DNA of 64,000 nucleotides from Nitrospirales bacterium (GCA_965203295.1 CBDBCZ010000018.1:864001-928000), one strand, 5' to 3'; shown: positions 1 through 13,116, counted from the stretch's first letter. Numbers and translations: made by a program. Notes: generated by a model from the letters alone, not told the origin.

Positions 1-854
1 CCTAAAGAGGGTCAACAGAGCTGACACAAAATATTTTCACTGATCCTGGGTTTATCTGCTTTAAGGAAACACTTGACGCTGAGATGAAGGCTTTAAACGC
101 TACTGGCAATTATCAGCGTAAAGAAGCAGAGGTTGTTAAACCACACCATGAGGATCTCTTTTGGGAGAAGAGACTATTGGGAGACCACTACCCAAAAGTG
201 CTTCTTGATACCATGGTATATTACATTGGGCTGTTTTTTTTTTGCTATCAGAGGGGGAGAACATTGTCGTTTGTGGCATAACAGCTTCGCCATTAGGTGA
301 AACACCCTATTTATGTTTCACTGAAGACGTTTCGAAAACAAACCAGGGTGGGCTACTCCATCGCAAAGAAGGTTCCTAAAGAAGTGATGCACTGTCCTAA
401 TAATCGTCCTGAAAACGCATTTTATCTCAAGCCTTTGGAGAAACCCAGACCTGATTGCTGGTATACACGTATACCTTAGGGGCACATTATGTCACCTCGT
501 ACGGTTAGCCGCCTCTTTGAAGAAGCTGGAGATTGTGGTCACTCCACTAATCATTCCTTAAGAGCGACTGCAGCTACATGCATGTTTGATGTTGGTATTG
601 ATGAGCAAGTAATCATGCATTGCACTGGACACAGCAGTGCAGTTGGTGTTCGAAGCTATAAGAGGACTACAGACAGTTTAAAGAAGACTTCAGAGGTCAT
701 GCCAGTGTTCACTAAGAAGGAGAAGCTGGACTCAGAACCATGTGAGGCTAGCGCGGTCGTAGAAAATAAGGAGAACAAGCCAATGGGAGCACCTAAAAGC
801 CACTCTATAAACTGTGCTGGTGCATCCAACTTTACTGTTTATTTTAACTATTGA
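1..854 (+). pseudogene. Degenerate Crypton-type tyrosine recombinase (DUF3504 / ZMYM-QRICH1-KCTD1-like); 5' part runs off the window
   Basis: Frameshifted pieces: TLDAEMK..EDLFWEKRLLGDHYPKVLLDTMVYYIGLFF; FYLKPL..WYTRIP; TNHSLRATAAT..EQVIMHCTGHSS..VRSYKR (H-x-x-R...H...Y catalytic motifs); NFTVYFN tail. Confidence 0.85.
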
Positions 855-2064
855 AGTCATTGGGAATTCCTAACTTCATGCAGTTTAATTCAGATTGTAA
901 ACCCTGGTTGTTCACAAACTGCTTGTACTAACAGTCATACCTTTCCTGAACTTTTAATTGCTTTATGAAATCATAGTGATCTATATTTCTTCACAGTGAT
1001 ATAAATTTAACTTAGATACCTACAGAGCAGTTACTATAGGATTGAGACACTGCACTGTAGTAAGGAACATCAAACAGAACTATTCATTAGAGCACTCACA
1101 GAGAGCCATTCCACATAGCCCCCAACCTAAAATCCTTGAAGATGAATGCCTGCAACTGATTGACATTGTTTATATTCCGCTAGAATGAAGGACAGACTAG
1201 GCACATGATTCTGGTCAACTGGAGGATTTTGTTTTTTCCGTGCAACTGGGTTGGATAATAATGCTCATTACTACTACTTCTCTTGTTAAATTAAAGAATG
1301 ATTAGTAGCGTAGATGCTACTCACTATTGAGTCTGGTTGTCTAGTAAGTAAAAAAATAAAATTACATAAACATTTTGCCCTCTCATTGTGAGAGTAACTA
1401 ATCTGATGGCTACAAGTCATTGACAGGCCTCTAGTTCAGTACTTCAAGCAAGCACAATGCTACTAAACTTTGAGTGTTAATGGAGTTTAACCCTAAGGTT
1501 AAACCGAGTTAATTGGTGACGGTCAGCGCGCGTTCAGGTCTAGGTGGTAGTCTGCGCGAACGCATCCTGCCACTTCAGCCAGTTCAGCTCTGCTAGTGCT
1601 GAGAAAGAAGACAGGAGAAGTAGAGCATGCAAGAGGGCTAAACGTCATCTTAGAGTCACCGGAAAGTGGTCAGAGTTTCGCAATGAGTCAGGAGACACAG
1701 ATGGAGGCCGCCGGTGGAGGCCGCCGGATAAGTGCAACAGGGGACCCCGCGCTAAGCTAGCTAAGGCATAGACAGCCAGCGGCTTACAGCCACCATAGCC
1801 ATATGGAAAGTATGCAAGCCACGGACAAGAAAAGGGCCAGCTAAGTACCAGGGCCAGCTAAGGGAAACTCCGGGGCCGGGACACAGGCCAGCTAGGCGCC
1901 AAGAAAAGAAGGAAATGGCTGCCAGAGTTTGAATGGCGCGAAGAAGCAATTGGGGGAGGCCACTGGGGAGGCTGCACCAGATAGGGCGCCTGTGGGGCCA
2001 GGCCAGTTAATCAGGCAACCAGACCTCGCGAACTGCCGCTAAGCCAGTCACTAGGCAAGCTAGC

Positions 2065-5000
2065 ATGCTGGCCAGAAAACAACCAAACAACCAAAAAAAA
2101 AACAGGCCTGCGGGCTTATATCTAGGCGACGCCCTTCTACCACTGCCACAGAGGCTTGTGGATAAGATATCTCGCCTTGAGTTTGTCGTGATGTCTGAGC
2201 TTCTTCCCGAGTATTGGCTGGCGGAGGAAGCCTCTGAAGCACGGTGTTGTCATGCCAACACCAGGCGACGCTGCATCCCCGTGACGGACATACTCACAAG
2301 GACCCAATGCTTTGCCTCCTTGGCAATTGTGCTTTCCCGCAACCACCCGGAGCAAACGTCCGACCTTCTGGCATACCTGAGCACAATTGTCCGCTGCCAC
2401 AAAAAGTTCAACGGGCTCGGTGGGGTCCAGTACGATGCCGTATTCCGCCGGCAGGCAGCCATCACGCGAGATCTCAACTGGGGAAGAGTTAACCCGACCC
2501 TGTATAGCATCTGCTTGGCAGGCCAGGCCAGGCACCTCATCCGCTATAGGATATGCCTGAGTATCAACCATGCATCAGAGCAATGCCCGCAACCACCACT
2601 GTTCCTGCTGGCTCCAGTCGCCGCCGGGGGCCAGCCGCCGTACCCAGGGCTCAGACACAGTTCCTGCAACTAGATGGGAAGGCCATTTCAAGCTGGGCAG
2701 GTTTGAGAGTCGTAAGCAGTAGAAGACTCACTGCAGCCAAAGAGACACTTAGTCACAGCAGCAGTTAACCAGCATTTATGCAGTGTAGCCAGGCTAGCAG
2801 TGATGGCATAGCCAGGTACATTATGCAGTCAAGCGAGTATTGGCCTTCCGGCCATGCTATTAATCATCATGGTGTCAAACAGATGGTCATTTACATTTGC
2901 TTTTCCGTCAGCTTTTTGGGAAGTGGTAGGTAATAGTAAGGCTCATCTGCCTACAGCCTCGGCTGTAGACGTGACCGGGGGCTGGTTCCGCCCCCTACTT
3001 GTAGGCGCTTCTTCGTTCTGTACGGTGGGGCTACCAGTATACAGCCAAGCTTGTAGCCCTGGACCAGGCAGGTGGAGGACGATCTGGGCAGGGGGACCCA
3101 CGTCTTGATCCGATAACCACGTCTCTAAATAGGCTGGAGCGGGTGGCACTCCTGCAAAGACTTCCGGACAAGGCCTACGCAGACTACATTCCTCACAGGC
3201 ATTGTCAATGGCTTCCGGACAGGCTTCAGTTGGCGGCAGGCAGAAGCTGAAGCCGGCGCGCAAGAGCATGAGGTCAGCAGTAGAACACCCGGAAGTTGTA
3301 CAGAAGTACCTGGTAGCGGAGGTAATGTAACATGGGCCCATTCGCAGTGGGTGAAATCAAAGCCCACATTAGCAGTCTTGGCGTAATCCCCAAGAAAAAC
3401 AAGCCGGGCAGCTGGCGATTGATCTTGGACCTCTCCCATCCCGAAGGCTTCAGCGTCAATGACGGTATCAGGAGGGAGGAATGCTCCCTCCCTCGCATGC
3501 GCTGGGGTGAAAAAGTGTAATTTGATGCCGCATTGTCCTTTAGCCTGCGCTCAGCGCCAAAAATCTTCACAGCCATAGCGGACGGAGTTTGCTGGGGTCT
3601 GAAGGTGCAGAGAGTCCTGTCCAACTACATCACAGTGGGCAGCCCAGAGTCACACAAATGCAGCTATAACTGCAGTATGATCGACAGCACCCTAGACAAA
3701 CTGGGCCTTTCTCACGGAAAAAGACAAGAGTGAAGGCCCTACCACCAACCTGGAATTCCTGGGCATCATGCTAGACACGGTCACCCTGGAGGCACGCCTT
3801 CCAGTGGCCAAGTTGGTGCAGTTACGTCTAATGTTGAAAACTTAGGAAGGGCAAAAGTCGTGTACCAGGGAGGAACTGCCGTCTCTGGCGGGTCAATTAT
3901 AGCATACAGCCACAGTGGTACACCCCGGCCTCACATTCCTGCGTCGACGTTTCGACCTCTTGAAGCACACCAGGAAACTTCACCGCCATATAAGGCTGAA
4001 CAAGGCGGCTCGTTCTGATTTGTTGTGGTGGCAGACGATCATCACATCCTGGAACGGCGTCTCCATGACGGCAATGAATTTGAAACCTGCAGACGATACT
4101 GTAGCGTCAGATGCTTCCGAGGTTTTGGTGCTTGCAGGGGTAAATAGTGGATCCAGCTATAGTGGCCTCCCGAGTGGGCCGCGAAACCGATCGCGACAAG
4201 AGAGTTAGCCCCACTGGTGATGGTGTGCGCAGTGTGGGGTAGAAACTGGAAAGGCCAATGCATCATGGCCAAGTGCGACAACACAGCAGCAGTCAATGAG
4301 GGCATCAAGAAAGTCCAAGTATTAGGTTTGGCCACAAGTACGAGGCTGCCAATCACCCCATCCATCATTTGAAGGGTTAGAGCACTGTGGTCTAGGATGG
4401 ATAGAGATCCGGACACGATAATGCAGTGGGCAGCCTGCACAATGTGCTTTTTCGGATTGTTTAGAGCAGGCAAGATTACCGAGCCAGGGCAGGCAGCATA
4501 TGAAGCCACTCGCCACATGAGCTTCAAAGACTTAGCAGTCGATAGCCTGGTAGCGCCGACTTTCATTCGGATTAGGCTGAAGTTTTCGAAGATGGACCAG
4601 AGGGACAGACATCTTTCTGGGACGCACAAATGACGACTTTAGCCTCGTAGCCAAGTGCATTAAATAGGGGAAAAGTGTGCCTGGTATCCACTGCTTGTGC
4701 ATACACTTAATTTTCCGGAATTCCGTGGCGATAGGATACCAGCGTGGCATGTCCGTGGTATTATGGCATCAATACCGAATACGCGGCCGTATTACCAATT
4801 GTGCACGCGATAATGGCTGCTTGTACGGAGGACTTTGATCGCTCACTCTTTACGTCTTTCCATGCTTTGGATGTGCAATGATGACACTGAAACTCAAGCA
4901 GAGGGCATCCGTGAAGTCCATCTACGAAGAGAAAGACCTTTTTCTTGAGCTCCCAACTGACTTTGGTAAGTAATTGTGCTATAAAGTTCTACCCTTCGTG

Positions 5001-5490
5001 TTTGATGTGAAGCTTGGAAGGCTAACTGTCAATAGTACTAACAGACTAGGCATGAGCAAGTTCAACGGGAATCTTTACTGCCGCAGTATATCTGTAGTAA
5101 ATATTCTGCGTGGACGACATCATTGTACAAGTCCAATAATTGTGACGACATCACTTAATACAAGCCCACTGAAATTCACGCGGACTTAGTGCACTAATTA
5201 CGTGCATGCTTGAACAGTTCAAGTTAACAGATGGCCGAAACCTGACAAAGGAACGATTTACAGGGGGCGCTTGAGCAGCTCTACATAGGTCTACACAGTA
5301 CTAACTACACAAGCCATAGCTTACGGATTGGAGCGGCAACAACGGCAGCTCAGATAGACGTGGAAGACTCGACCATTCAAGCACTGGGTCGTTGGAACAG
5401 CGACGTGTTTAAGAAATATGTGCAACTATCAAAGGACTTTCTGGCGTGGCTATCGGTATCACTCTCAGGGCCGGAGATACAACCGGCCAC
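2065..5490 (+). mobile_element. Decayed DIRS/Ngaro-type tyrosine-recombinase retrotransposon (gag-like, RT, RNase H, YR)
   Basis: gag-like ORF 2065-2673 (QYDAVFRRQAA); RT motifs SSLGVIPKKNKPGSWRLILDLSHP..SVNDGI and FSLRSAPKIF; RNase H region (DLLWW, SDAS, KCDN); YR 4397-4660 (FFGLFRAG, SKMDQ) and ~5220-5430 (YTSHSLRIGAAT..IQALGRWNSDVFKKYV); many stops and frameshifts. Confidence 0.88.
4665..5218 (+). mobile_element. Non-autonomous AcademH-like derivative carrying a RecQ helicase motif-I remnant, inserted in the DIRS YR gene
   Basis: 4881-5020 reads LKQRASVKSIYEEKDLFLELPTDFGK*LCYKVLPFVFD, similar to the AcademH helicase N-terminus in this window (GKDVFVCMPTGSGKSLCYCLLPKVFD); YR coding resumes on both sides; only degenerate inverted ends. 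Confidence 0.65.
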
Positions 5491-5958
5491 ATAGGGATGC
5501 AGTATTATAGTGTGTTTTTCTTTGTCTTATGGCTGTTTTGAGGCAGCGGCGGCGGCAGCAACCATCAAGTGGAACTGTCACTCCGTCAGACGCGAACGCA
5601 TAGGTGCGTTTAAGTTGAAGGACCGAACTTTGGTAAGCTTTGGGAGAAGTGGAGTTCCTTCCATGGACTGTGCGGAGCAGCTACGTCCACACGGACTACT
5701 TGCTCCCAAGTAGCAGAACAAGCAGGAGGGCAGCAGCGATGATGAGAGCTCAGAAGCCTCAGTTGTAATTAATATTACTAAGGCAGGGAAGGCACCTGAT
5801 CCCCAAGCACCCTACTGCAGCTAGGCTCATCCTCACTGCTAGTGGTCCGGTATGTCGGCCAAATCAAAAGAAGGAGATCAATTAATGTCTAGTAAAACAC
5901 ACGGGATGATCCTGTGCTATTGCTTTACCAAATTCAAAAATCTCCACTTGCCTGTTAA

Positions 5959-6935
5959 CCCTTTATACCCCGTATTGCGCATGCGCATTACGTCAGTCAA
6001 TTATCAGAATAATTTAATTACGGCACGAGGACGGTAGTATGTTCGGTTTATGGCTTTGTAACGAAAGACGGGGGATGAATTGGACTAAACTCTCAGCAGA
6101 ACCGAACAGATGAGCTCCTAAGCTTTCATTTGATGTCGGATTCAAGCATGATTGACGGAAGGAAAGTGCCAAGCGGCAGCGGATTTTCGATACCGAACGA
6201 TAATTAAATATCATTGCCACTTACTCTCTGGGAATGACGCCCTGAAGGACAAGCGAGACGTCCATAGACTTGTAGCTGTATTGTAGGAGACAGCTAGCCA
6301 TATTTTTGAACTGCTACTGCTGTACAATAGCCTAGAATTCTGCTCTATATTGTATCGGTTCGTGAACAGATGTTATTCATTGCGGATTTTTTCGTGATCT
6401 GCCTGGATAAGTCCCTGAAAATAGTGCTAAAATGAAAGAATCTGTCCGCTTGAGCATCACTAACCACAGTGGGGATCTTCCTGGAGCGTCGACCACTTTC
6501 CGGTTGAGTCTCGATCATATTCAATGACGTGTACACACGTCTACGGTAATTTGTAGCATGGCAGCCATACAAATCAAAGGTACCGCCTACAGTTTATATA
6601 GTGTAGAAGTGTTCTAACTGCCAGGCGTGTTCTAACTTCCAATTAGTGGTAGTTAGAACATGGCAATTAGGGAAGTTAGAACATGGAAGCTGTTGCAGCT
6701 GTCACAGTGCCTTTGATGTGTATGGCTGTCATGCTACAAACCAGCTAAACCACCCCCTAGACGCGTTTACCAGCAATACACTCGACAGTTCCAGGTAAAC
6801 CCCTCGGGCTTCGCCCTCGGGGTTTACCTGGAACTGTCTCATGTATTACTGGTAAACGCGTCTAGGGGGTGGTTTAACTATAACGTAAACGTTCAATATT
6901 TATGACGTGTGTAGACGTCTACGGGGTTTAAAGGG
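5959..6935. mobile_element. piggyBac-like MITE (TTAA TSD)
   Basis: TTAA|CCCTTTATACCCCGTA ... TACGGGGTTTAAAGGG|TTAA; hosts the 6547-6883 insertion. Confidence 0.75.
6547..6883 (-). mobile_element. Non-autonomous hairpin-capped Crypton-like element (short derivative of 10539-11803)
   Basis: Reverse-complement match to both ends of 10539-11803; ~30-bp inner IR (6551-6580 / 6709-6739); hairpin 6743-6879 with GCGAAGC on the minus strand; TAA repeated at both ends. Confidence 0.8.
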
Positions 6936-8220
6936 TTAATTAATTAATTAAACTACGTGTTTTATTTATAAACTAGGACTTATTGGCTTCATTTTGGGAT
7001 ATTTTCACAGAATTATAGCTTCAACCATAAGAGCAATATATATGCTTGCAGTTCTATAAAATTTGTTACATTACGCGCCATGTAAGTGTCAGTAATTCAG
7101 TTATAGGAAGCCAACTCAGTAACTTCCTGCTGGTTAGATAAAAAACATTTCACGACCACTCCCAGCTCATGCTACAACTTATATGTATCTGAGTGCGATT
7201 AAAGCAATGTTATTCTTTGTATGTCAAACTCTTTTACATAGACGTACAGTCAACAACATAATAATCATAACAGAGGCTACACGTGTGCATAAGCAGACGC
7301 TGGATACTGAAACAAGTCTGACATTTCACGTCTAAAAATACTCTTTTCTAGTACAATACGCACAACTCAGTTCAGGACAAGCCAACTGTAGCTGTGGAAC
7401 TAGTATTAATAGGCACTTTGTGCGCTTCCAGTTTGTAGCTCTAATTTGTTATAAAAAACAGGATCTTAATGTGGTGCCTACCAATATCTCGCTAGTAACG
7501 TATGATGTAATATATTGTACACGTGGACGCACAAACAAACAGATGCGGAAAACGTAATGAAATCGATATTTATGCATTGTGCTTTACGCGCTTCGGCTGT
7601 AGAAAAAAGTTTCAACTCTGGCCCCCTCAAATAATCTCCCAAAGACTACCTCCCATGTTGCAGATGGAAAATCACATTTTTTTACCTGCACCATTCAATA
7701 TCAGCATCTTCACCACACCTTCATAAGTGTACTGAACAGCATAGTGCAGAGCAGTGAGCCCTTTCTTGTCTTTCATATTCACACTTGCTTTCTGAGAAAG
7801 TAGCCAGGCCACTTGTTCCTCGTTACCATTCCTTGCGGCCTACGAGGGAAAAATAAACTTTCAATAGTCCGATTTGAGCCAGTTCCTAACTTACACAGCA
7901 GGGCAAATAGCTACATAAGACTACCGGGAATTTTTAATACAACCGAAAGATTATTACATATTATTGGCCATTGCTGCTTCAGAATGAAAGTCAATGCTGG
8001 GCTCAGTTGCGCACCACAGCTAAAATTAAAGGTGTGTGTATGGTTGGCAAGATGTAGGGATGGTAATTCGTGAAAGAGTTCTGTCGTGTCATTCCTATTT
8101 TGTTTGGTCATTTTTTTGCAATTCAATCCCTACATGTTCTTTCATTTTTTAAACGATTTTTCTAAAGCTACGTGTCATTTGCCATTGCTGTGTGCTTGCT
8201 AAGTTTATTAGGTTGAGTTC

Positions 8221-8864
8221 AATATGTGACCGGATTTGCGAAAAGGGACCATATCCCACATTTTATGAAAATCGAGGTAGCGTCAGTTTCGTAAACTGTA
8301 CCTTCTGGCGGGGCTGTCTACGAAATTTGGTGGTGATCGGACGCTCGGTTCCCAAGATACAGCCCGAAACGCTAACGCATGACGAAAACTTACGTTTCGC
8401 GTAATCGCAATGTTTTGACGTTGCTACGGTATATCGCACTTCCGTATACTATCCGTATCATAAACGCGTTTAGTACGTAGCTTCATCAACCTAGCCGCCT
8501 TACCTACGGTAAACGGAGACTCTGTAAGTTAAAGAGAGTGGAGAGCAATGAAGGAAGCTAGCAGACTGTGTATAAAGGTACCGCTTGCTGTAACAGCGTT
8601 TTGTACACACATAGCAACGTGTTCCGTATACTAACTTACCACAATAATATGGCCGTGAGTATGGACTGATAGCGCCCTGAAGGCAGTAGAGTCAGGCTTC
8701 ATGCTTTAGTTTCTTGTAGCCTAAGGTCCTGTGGACCCATTCATGCCATAATCGTACTTTGGCTGAAAACTTACCTTGGTCACTAAAATGCTTTATAACT
8801 CGAAATCAATAATTGCGGGATTGCGAAAAGGGACTATCCCTTTTCGCAAATCCGGTCACATATT
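8221..8864. mobile_element. TIR MITE, unclassified (possible ATAT TSD, Sola1-like)
   Basis: 28-bp perfect IR AATATGTGACCGGATTTGCGAAAAGGGA (8221-8248) / 8837-8864; no coding capacity. Confidence 0.7.
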
Positions 8865-8876
8865 ATATAAATTTCA

Positions 8877-9225
8877 AAGTGGAGAATTCACCATCTATAA
8901 AAGAGACACCCTTGGTAGCTATATGTACAAGAGCATATACATGTTATGGCTTCCATAGATTATGTGTTAGGTACTTTCTTACTGCTTATTTGATTCCTAT
9001 TTTGATAGCAGCAGCAAAGTGGCTTCCTAACTACATGAGGTAGATACTTTCCCACTGTTTATTTGATTCCTATGTTGATTGCAGTAGCAAGTGGCTATAA
9101 CGAATAATGTTGTTGTTACTGAAAACTGCAATGCATGGCTTGTCCCTGCAAATACAAACAACATCACAATGTACAACAATAGTAACAAGGTTTAGTGGTG
9201 TAGTGGTGTAAAAATTTGGGTTTAT
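8877..9225 (+). repeat. ~350-bp direct repeat; second copy at 11927-13049 is interrupted by a MULE-like MITE
   Basis: Near-identical sequence AAGTGGAGAATTCAC...AAAATTTGGGTTTAT in both copies. Confidence 0.92.
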
Positions 9226-11905
9226 GCCGAGCAGACTTGGCCCGTTCCCAGCGACAACAACCAATACCAAAGGTGCGGATTGACTCCCGTATTGGACGTG
9301 GACATTGAGTTGTCCCGTGATTTGCATTGGTTCGTCTGTGTACGTTTTCAAAGTGAGCTTTGACTTGTGCAGTGTCGAGTTGGGGAACATTTCCTTTCGA
9401 GTAGTTTCCGAGATAATTGACACCGCTGCTCCTGTGTCCAGCTCCATTATCAGCGATTTGCCTTCCACTTGGACTGGTATGTGGACGGGGTTTGAAGCGG
9501 GTTCCTTCAACTTGATCAGGTGAAACTCCTCTGTTTCAGAATCTGTGGAGTCTGCCGTCTCACGCTGCACTAGGTTCGTGCCGTGAGGTTTCTTGCGATA
9601 CTTTTTAACCGCTGGGTTGCTCTTGGCTTGCGGTTTTGACCTACAAGCCGGAGCGATGTGGCCTTTCTTACCACAGGCATGGCATTCAGCATCCTTGAAC
9701 CTGCATTCGGGGGCTGTATGGTTCGTTTTCCCGCATCTGTAGCACGGCTGCTGCTTCCCTTGGCCATGGAATTGTCGACCGCTGAGTCTCTTTATGGCCG
9801 GCTCTTCGCGTTTAAACGAACGAGTATTATGCTCAGCAGTTTCCATACCCTGTGTGAGTTCCATAGCGCTGGTTAGGGTGAGCTCGGTGTCCGTGAGTAG
9901 TCGTTTCTGGATCGCTTCGTTGCGTAGACCGCAAACAAAACGATCGCGCAGAGCGTCTTTGAGGTAGTTACCGAACTTGCAATGGGTTGCGAGCTTTCGG
10001 AGAGCGGCGTCGTATTCCGCGATGGACTCTCCCATGGCCTGGTTGCGCTTGTGAAAGTGGAATCGTTCCGCGATCACAGCCCTCTTTGGTTCGAAATGCT
10101 TTTTCAAGGCAGCGGTGATTTCACCCAGGGACTTGTCCTTAGGAGCATCGGGTGCGAGAAGGTCGCTGAGGAGAGTGTAGGTAGATGAGCCGATTGCGCT
10201 CAAGAGAATGGGCACTTGCTTGGCGGCAGCGACAGTATTTGCTGTAAAATATAGCTCGGAGCGTTTGAGGTAAGTCTTGATAGACGCCGCATCCGGATTA
10301 AATTCCTTCAGAGTTCCGAAGGTGCGAGTTGCCATTGTGGGCAGTAGGCCACGATCCTCGTCGCCACTTTGTGATATTGTTGATTGCAGATAATATTCAT
10401 TGCATTTTGAACTCTCACTGAAGTACAAGAACAAGCTAGACTATTTATACAAAACCCAAAGAGCACGGAATGTTCTAGAAGTAACAGGTATATACACTAA
10501 GCAAGGAAGTAATAACAAAAGACAGGCAATAAGATAAGTTATAGTTAAACCACCCCCTAGACGCGTTTACCGGTAATACACGAGACAGTTCCGGGTAAAC
10601 CCCGAGGGCGAAGCCCGAGGGGTTTACCCCGGAACTGTCGAGTGTATTACTCGGTAAACGCGTCTAGGGGGTGGTTTAGCTGGTTTGTAGCATGGCAGCC
10701 ATACAAATCAAAGGCTACCGCTGCAAAAGAACCGCTTACGCAAAACGCTCGTGAAATCTGATTGGTCTTGCTATGGTTACGGTTGCATGGAAACTGCTTA
10801 CGTAAATCAGTTGTGAAATCTGATTGGTTGAATGCTATACTAAATTAATTAACGTCCTGAGAGCTATAGCTAACGGTACTAGCCAGCAGTTAGAAAATGA
10901 GTGAGCAGTGTATGATTTCGCCTTCGTTGCTAGCTCGCATAGAAAGTATTGACACTAAGAAGGCTCCAGATCTATTCAAGCTCGGAATGAGTGACTGGAC
11001 TTATTCCGACAGCGAGAAAGAGAATGATGACTTTCAGCCACCAAAGAAGCGCCTGAAACTACCTACTTCTTCAAAAGGGAAGCAGCGCTTTACTAAGATA
11101 GTTTCTTCAGCGGAACTGGAGTCTATTTCGAAGGGATTTGTCCCCTAAAACACCGAAAAGAACACGAGGTGGGCAATTTCCAGTTTCAAGCAGTGGATTG
11201 TTTCGCGAAATCAGCGTTGCGCTGTGGGCGAGACTATCGATGTTAACACAGCCTTTGGCACTTGTTAACAGGCAGAATGTGACCCCACCTGAGGTTCGGC
11301 CAACACAGCCTTTGGCCGGACCAGTGCAGTCAACCATGCTGCAAGCATCCAGTACAACTCATAATACCTCCGTGGTGCCATCAGCCCTCTTTGGTTCACC
11401 CAAAAATTGTACTATTAATGTGCAGGTGTTTAACCAGGCATCGATTCAGAACTTTCAAGGCATGAGCACTTCAGTCACTGTACCTGTGGACACTGATGAC
11501 ATGTTTGTTGACTCAGTTTTGGCCTCAAGCAACATGCCTTTGTAAAACCTTCATTCATCTGTTTTGAGTTTTTGTAAAACCTTCATTCATCTGTTTTGAG
11601 TTTTTGTATTTGTTTGGTGACTATGCAAGTGTTTTTGCTGCCGTGTTCTAACTGCCCTAATTGCCGTGTTCTAACTGCCCTAATTGCCATGTTCTAACTA
11701 CCACTAATTGGAAGTTAGAACACGCCTGGCACTTAGAACACCTCTACACTATATAAACCGTAGGTGGTGCCTTTGATTTGTATGGCTGCCATGCTACAAT
11801 TTACAGGTAAAGGTGATAATCCAAAGTACCAGGAAATATTTACACACAATATTTACTACTAACACATTCACGTCTAAAGGTGAATACAAGTGTTACTTCC
11901 TAACA
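9226..11905 (-). mobile_element. Truncated Ty3/Gypsy LTR retrotransposon (5' LTR, PBS, gag, protease); LTR split by a Crypton-like insertion
   Basis: gag ATG at 10335; two CCHC knuckles (CYRCGKTNH, CHACGKKGH); protease LDTGA; breaks after GPSLLG at 9226; PBS TGGCGACGAGGA at 10366-10355; putative TG..CA LTR 11905-10370 containing TATAAATA. Confidence 0.88.
10539..11803 (+). mobile_element. Internally deleted Crypton-like element with 5' hairpin and inner inverted repeats
   Basis: Hairpin 10543-10681; 31-bp perfect IR 10685-10715 / 11769-11799; TTA at both ends; coding relic RFTKIVSSAELESISKGFVP*NTEKNTRWAISSFKQW (N-terminus typical of DUF3504 YR proteins) fused to a LFGSPKNCTINVQVF tail, with the YR core deleted. 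Confidence 0.75.
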
Positions 11906-12021
11906 GAAGGGTAAACAGTCTTGAGGAAGTGGAGAATTCACTATCTATAACAAGACACCCTTGGTAGCTATATGTACAAGAGCGTATACATGTTATGGCT
12001 TCCATAGATTATGTGTCAGGT

Positions 12022-12795
12022 GGGGATGGCTAAACTTCGAGTCGCCAACTTCGAGTTCGAGTTCGAGTTGCAGATTTTTAACCTGTTTTTTGCGCTGCAG
12101 ATGTTTAACCCTGCAGCTGTTTAACCCGTTTCATGCGTTTACTGTTAACTCTCTGCATGCATACATGTACATGCATGTGCAGATGTGCGTAGCTAGCTAG
12201 CGCTAGGGTTGACTGCGTTGACTGACGGCGTGTGCGTACAGTACTACTAAGTGTTTCCACTGACGGTACATCCTCACCAGAAGCTCAATCGTGCCGTCCG
12301 TCTCCAGCCCTCGAATCTCTGCTTGCAGAGCGGCTATATAAACTCTACTAACCAGGGAGCTGTAGTAAGCCTTACTTGATAAACTTGTGTAGTAGACTTA
12401 CCCAGATCTCTGCCTGTTTCTGCACCAAGAGTTTGAAGACGGCATATATAAGCGCTAGCTGAAATTCTGAGTCCGTATGTCGTGATTATTGGGCGATTAT
12501 TGGCCTCGTGGCGCTCGGCAATAATTATGCGCATGACGCAACTGGAAGTATTCCGCCCACATCAGTCTGTCGAGCGCGAGTCTGGTTCCCGCAAGAATTT
12601 CATCGAGCTAGCTGTTCGTAGGTCTACATGTCATAGTAGTTATACTCAAGGGACCTACATATCTGCCGCTAGGATTGAGATGCTGAGCTGCTAGTCTCGA
12701 GACTAGGATACAGCACTCCACGTCCGGTTAGGGCGGGGCCTAACTCGAACTCGAACTCGAACTCGAACTTTGTGACTCGAAGATTAGCCATACCC
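12022..12795. mobile_element. Mutator (MULE)-like MITE with 9-bp TSD
   Basis: ~48-bp imperfect TIR GGG(G/T)ATGGCTAA..(TTCGAG)n; TSD GTGTCAGGT at 12013-12021 and 12796-12804; empty site GTGTTAGGT in the paralogous copy near 8964. Confidence 0.85.
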
Positions 12796-13116
12796 GTGTC
12801 AGGTATTTTCTTACTGCTTATTTGATTCCTATTTTGATAGCAGAAGCAAAGTGGCTTCCTAACTACATGAGGTAGATACTTTCCCACTGTTTATTTGATT
12901 CCTATGTTGATTGCAGTAGCAAGTGGCTATAACGAATAATGTTGTTGTTACTGAAAACTGCAATGCATGGCTTGTCCCTGCAAATACAAACAACATCACA
13001 ATGTACAACAATAGTAACAAGGTTTAGTGGCATAAAAATTTGGGTTTATACTGTGTGGGAGGTTTAAAGGTGCAGGTAGGACTCTATAAGTCTATAAGAC
13101 AGCTGTCCATGCTCTA

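Noticed and set aside
1..854. Domesticated ZMYM/QRICH1/KCTD1 host gene
   Set aside because: Multiple frameshifts and a stop; retains the catalytic Tyr motif, which fits a dead transposon
8877..13049. 350-bp direct repeats as the Gypsy LTR pair
   Set aside because: No TG..CA ends; the PBS abuts a different sequence (10370), which is the probable LTR
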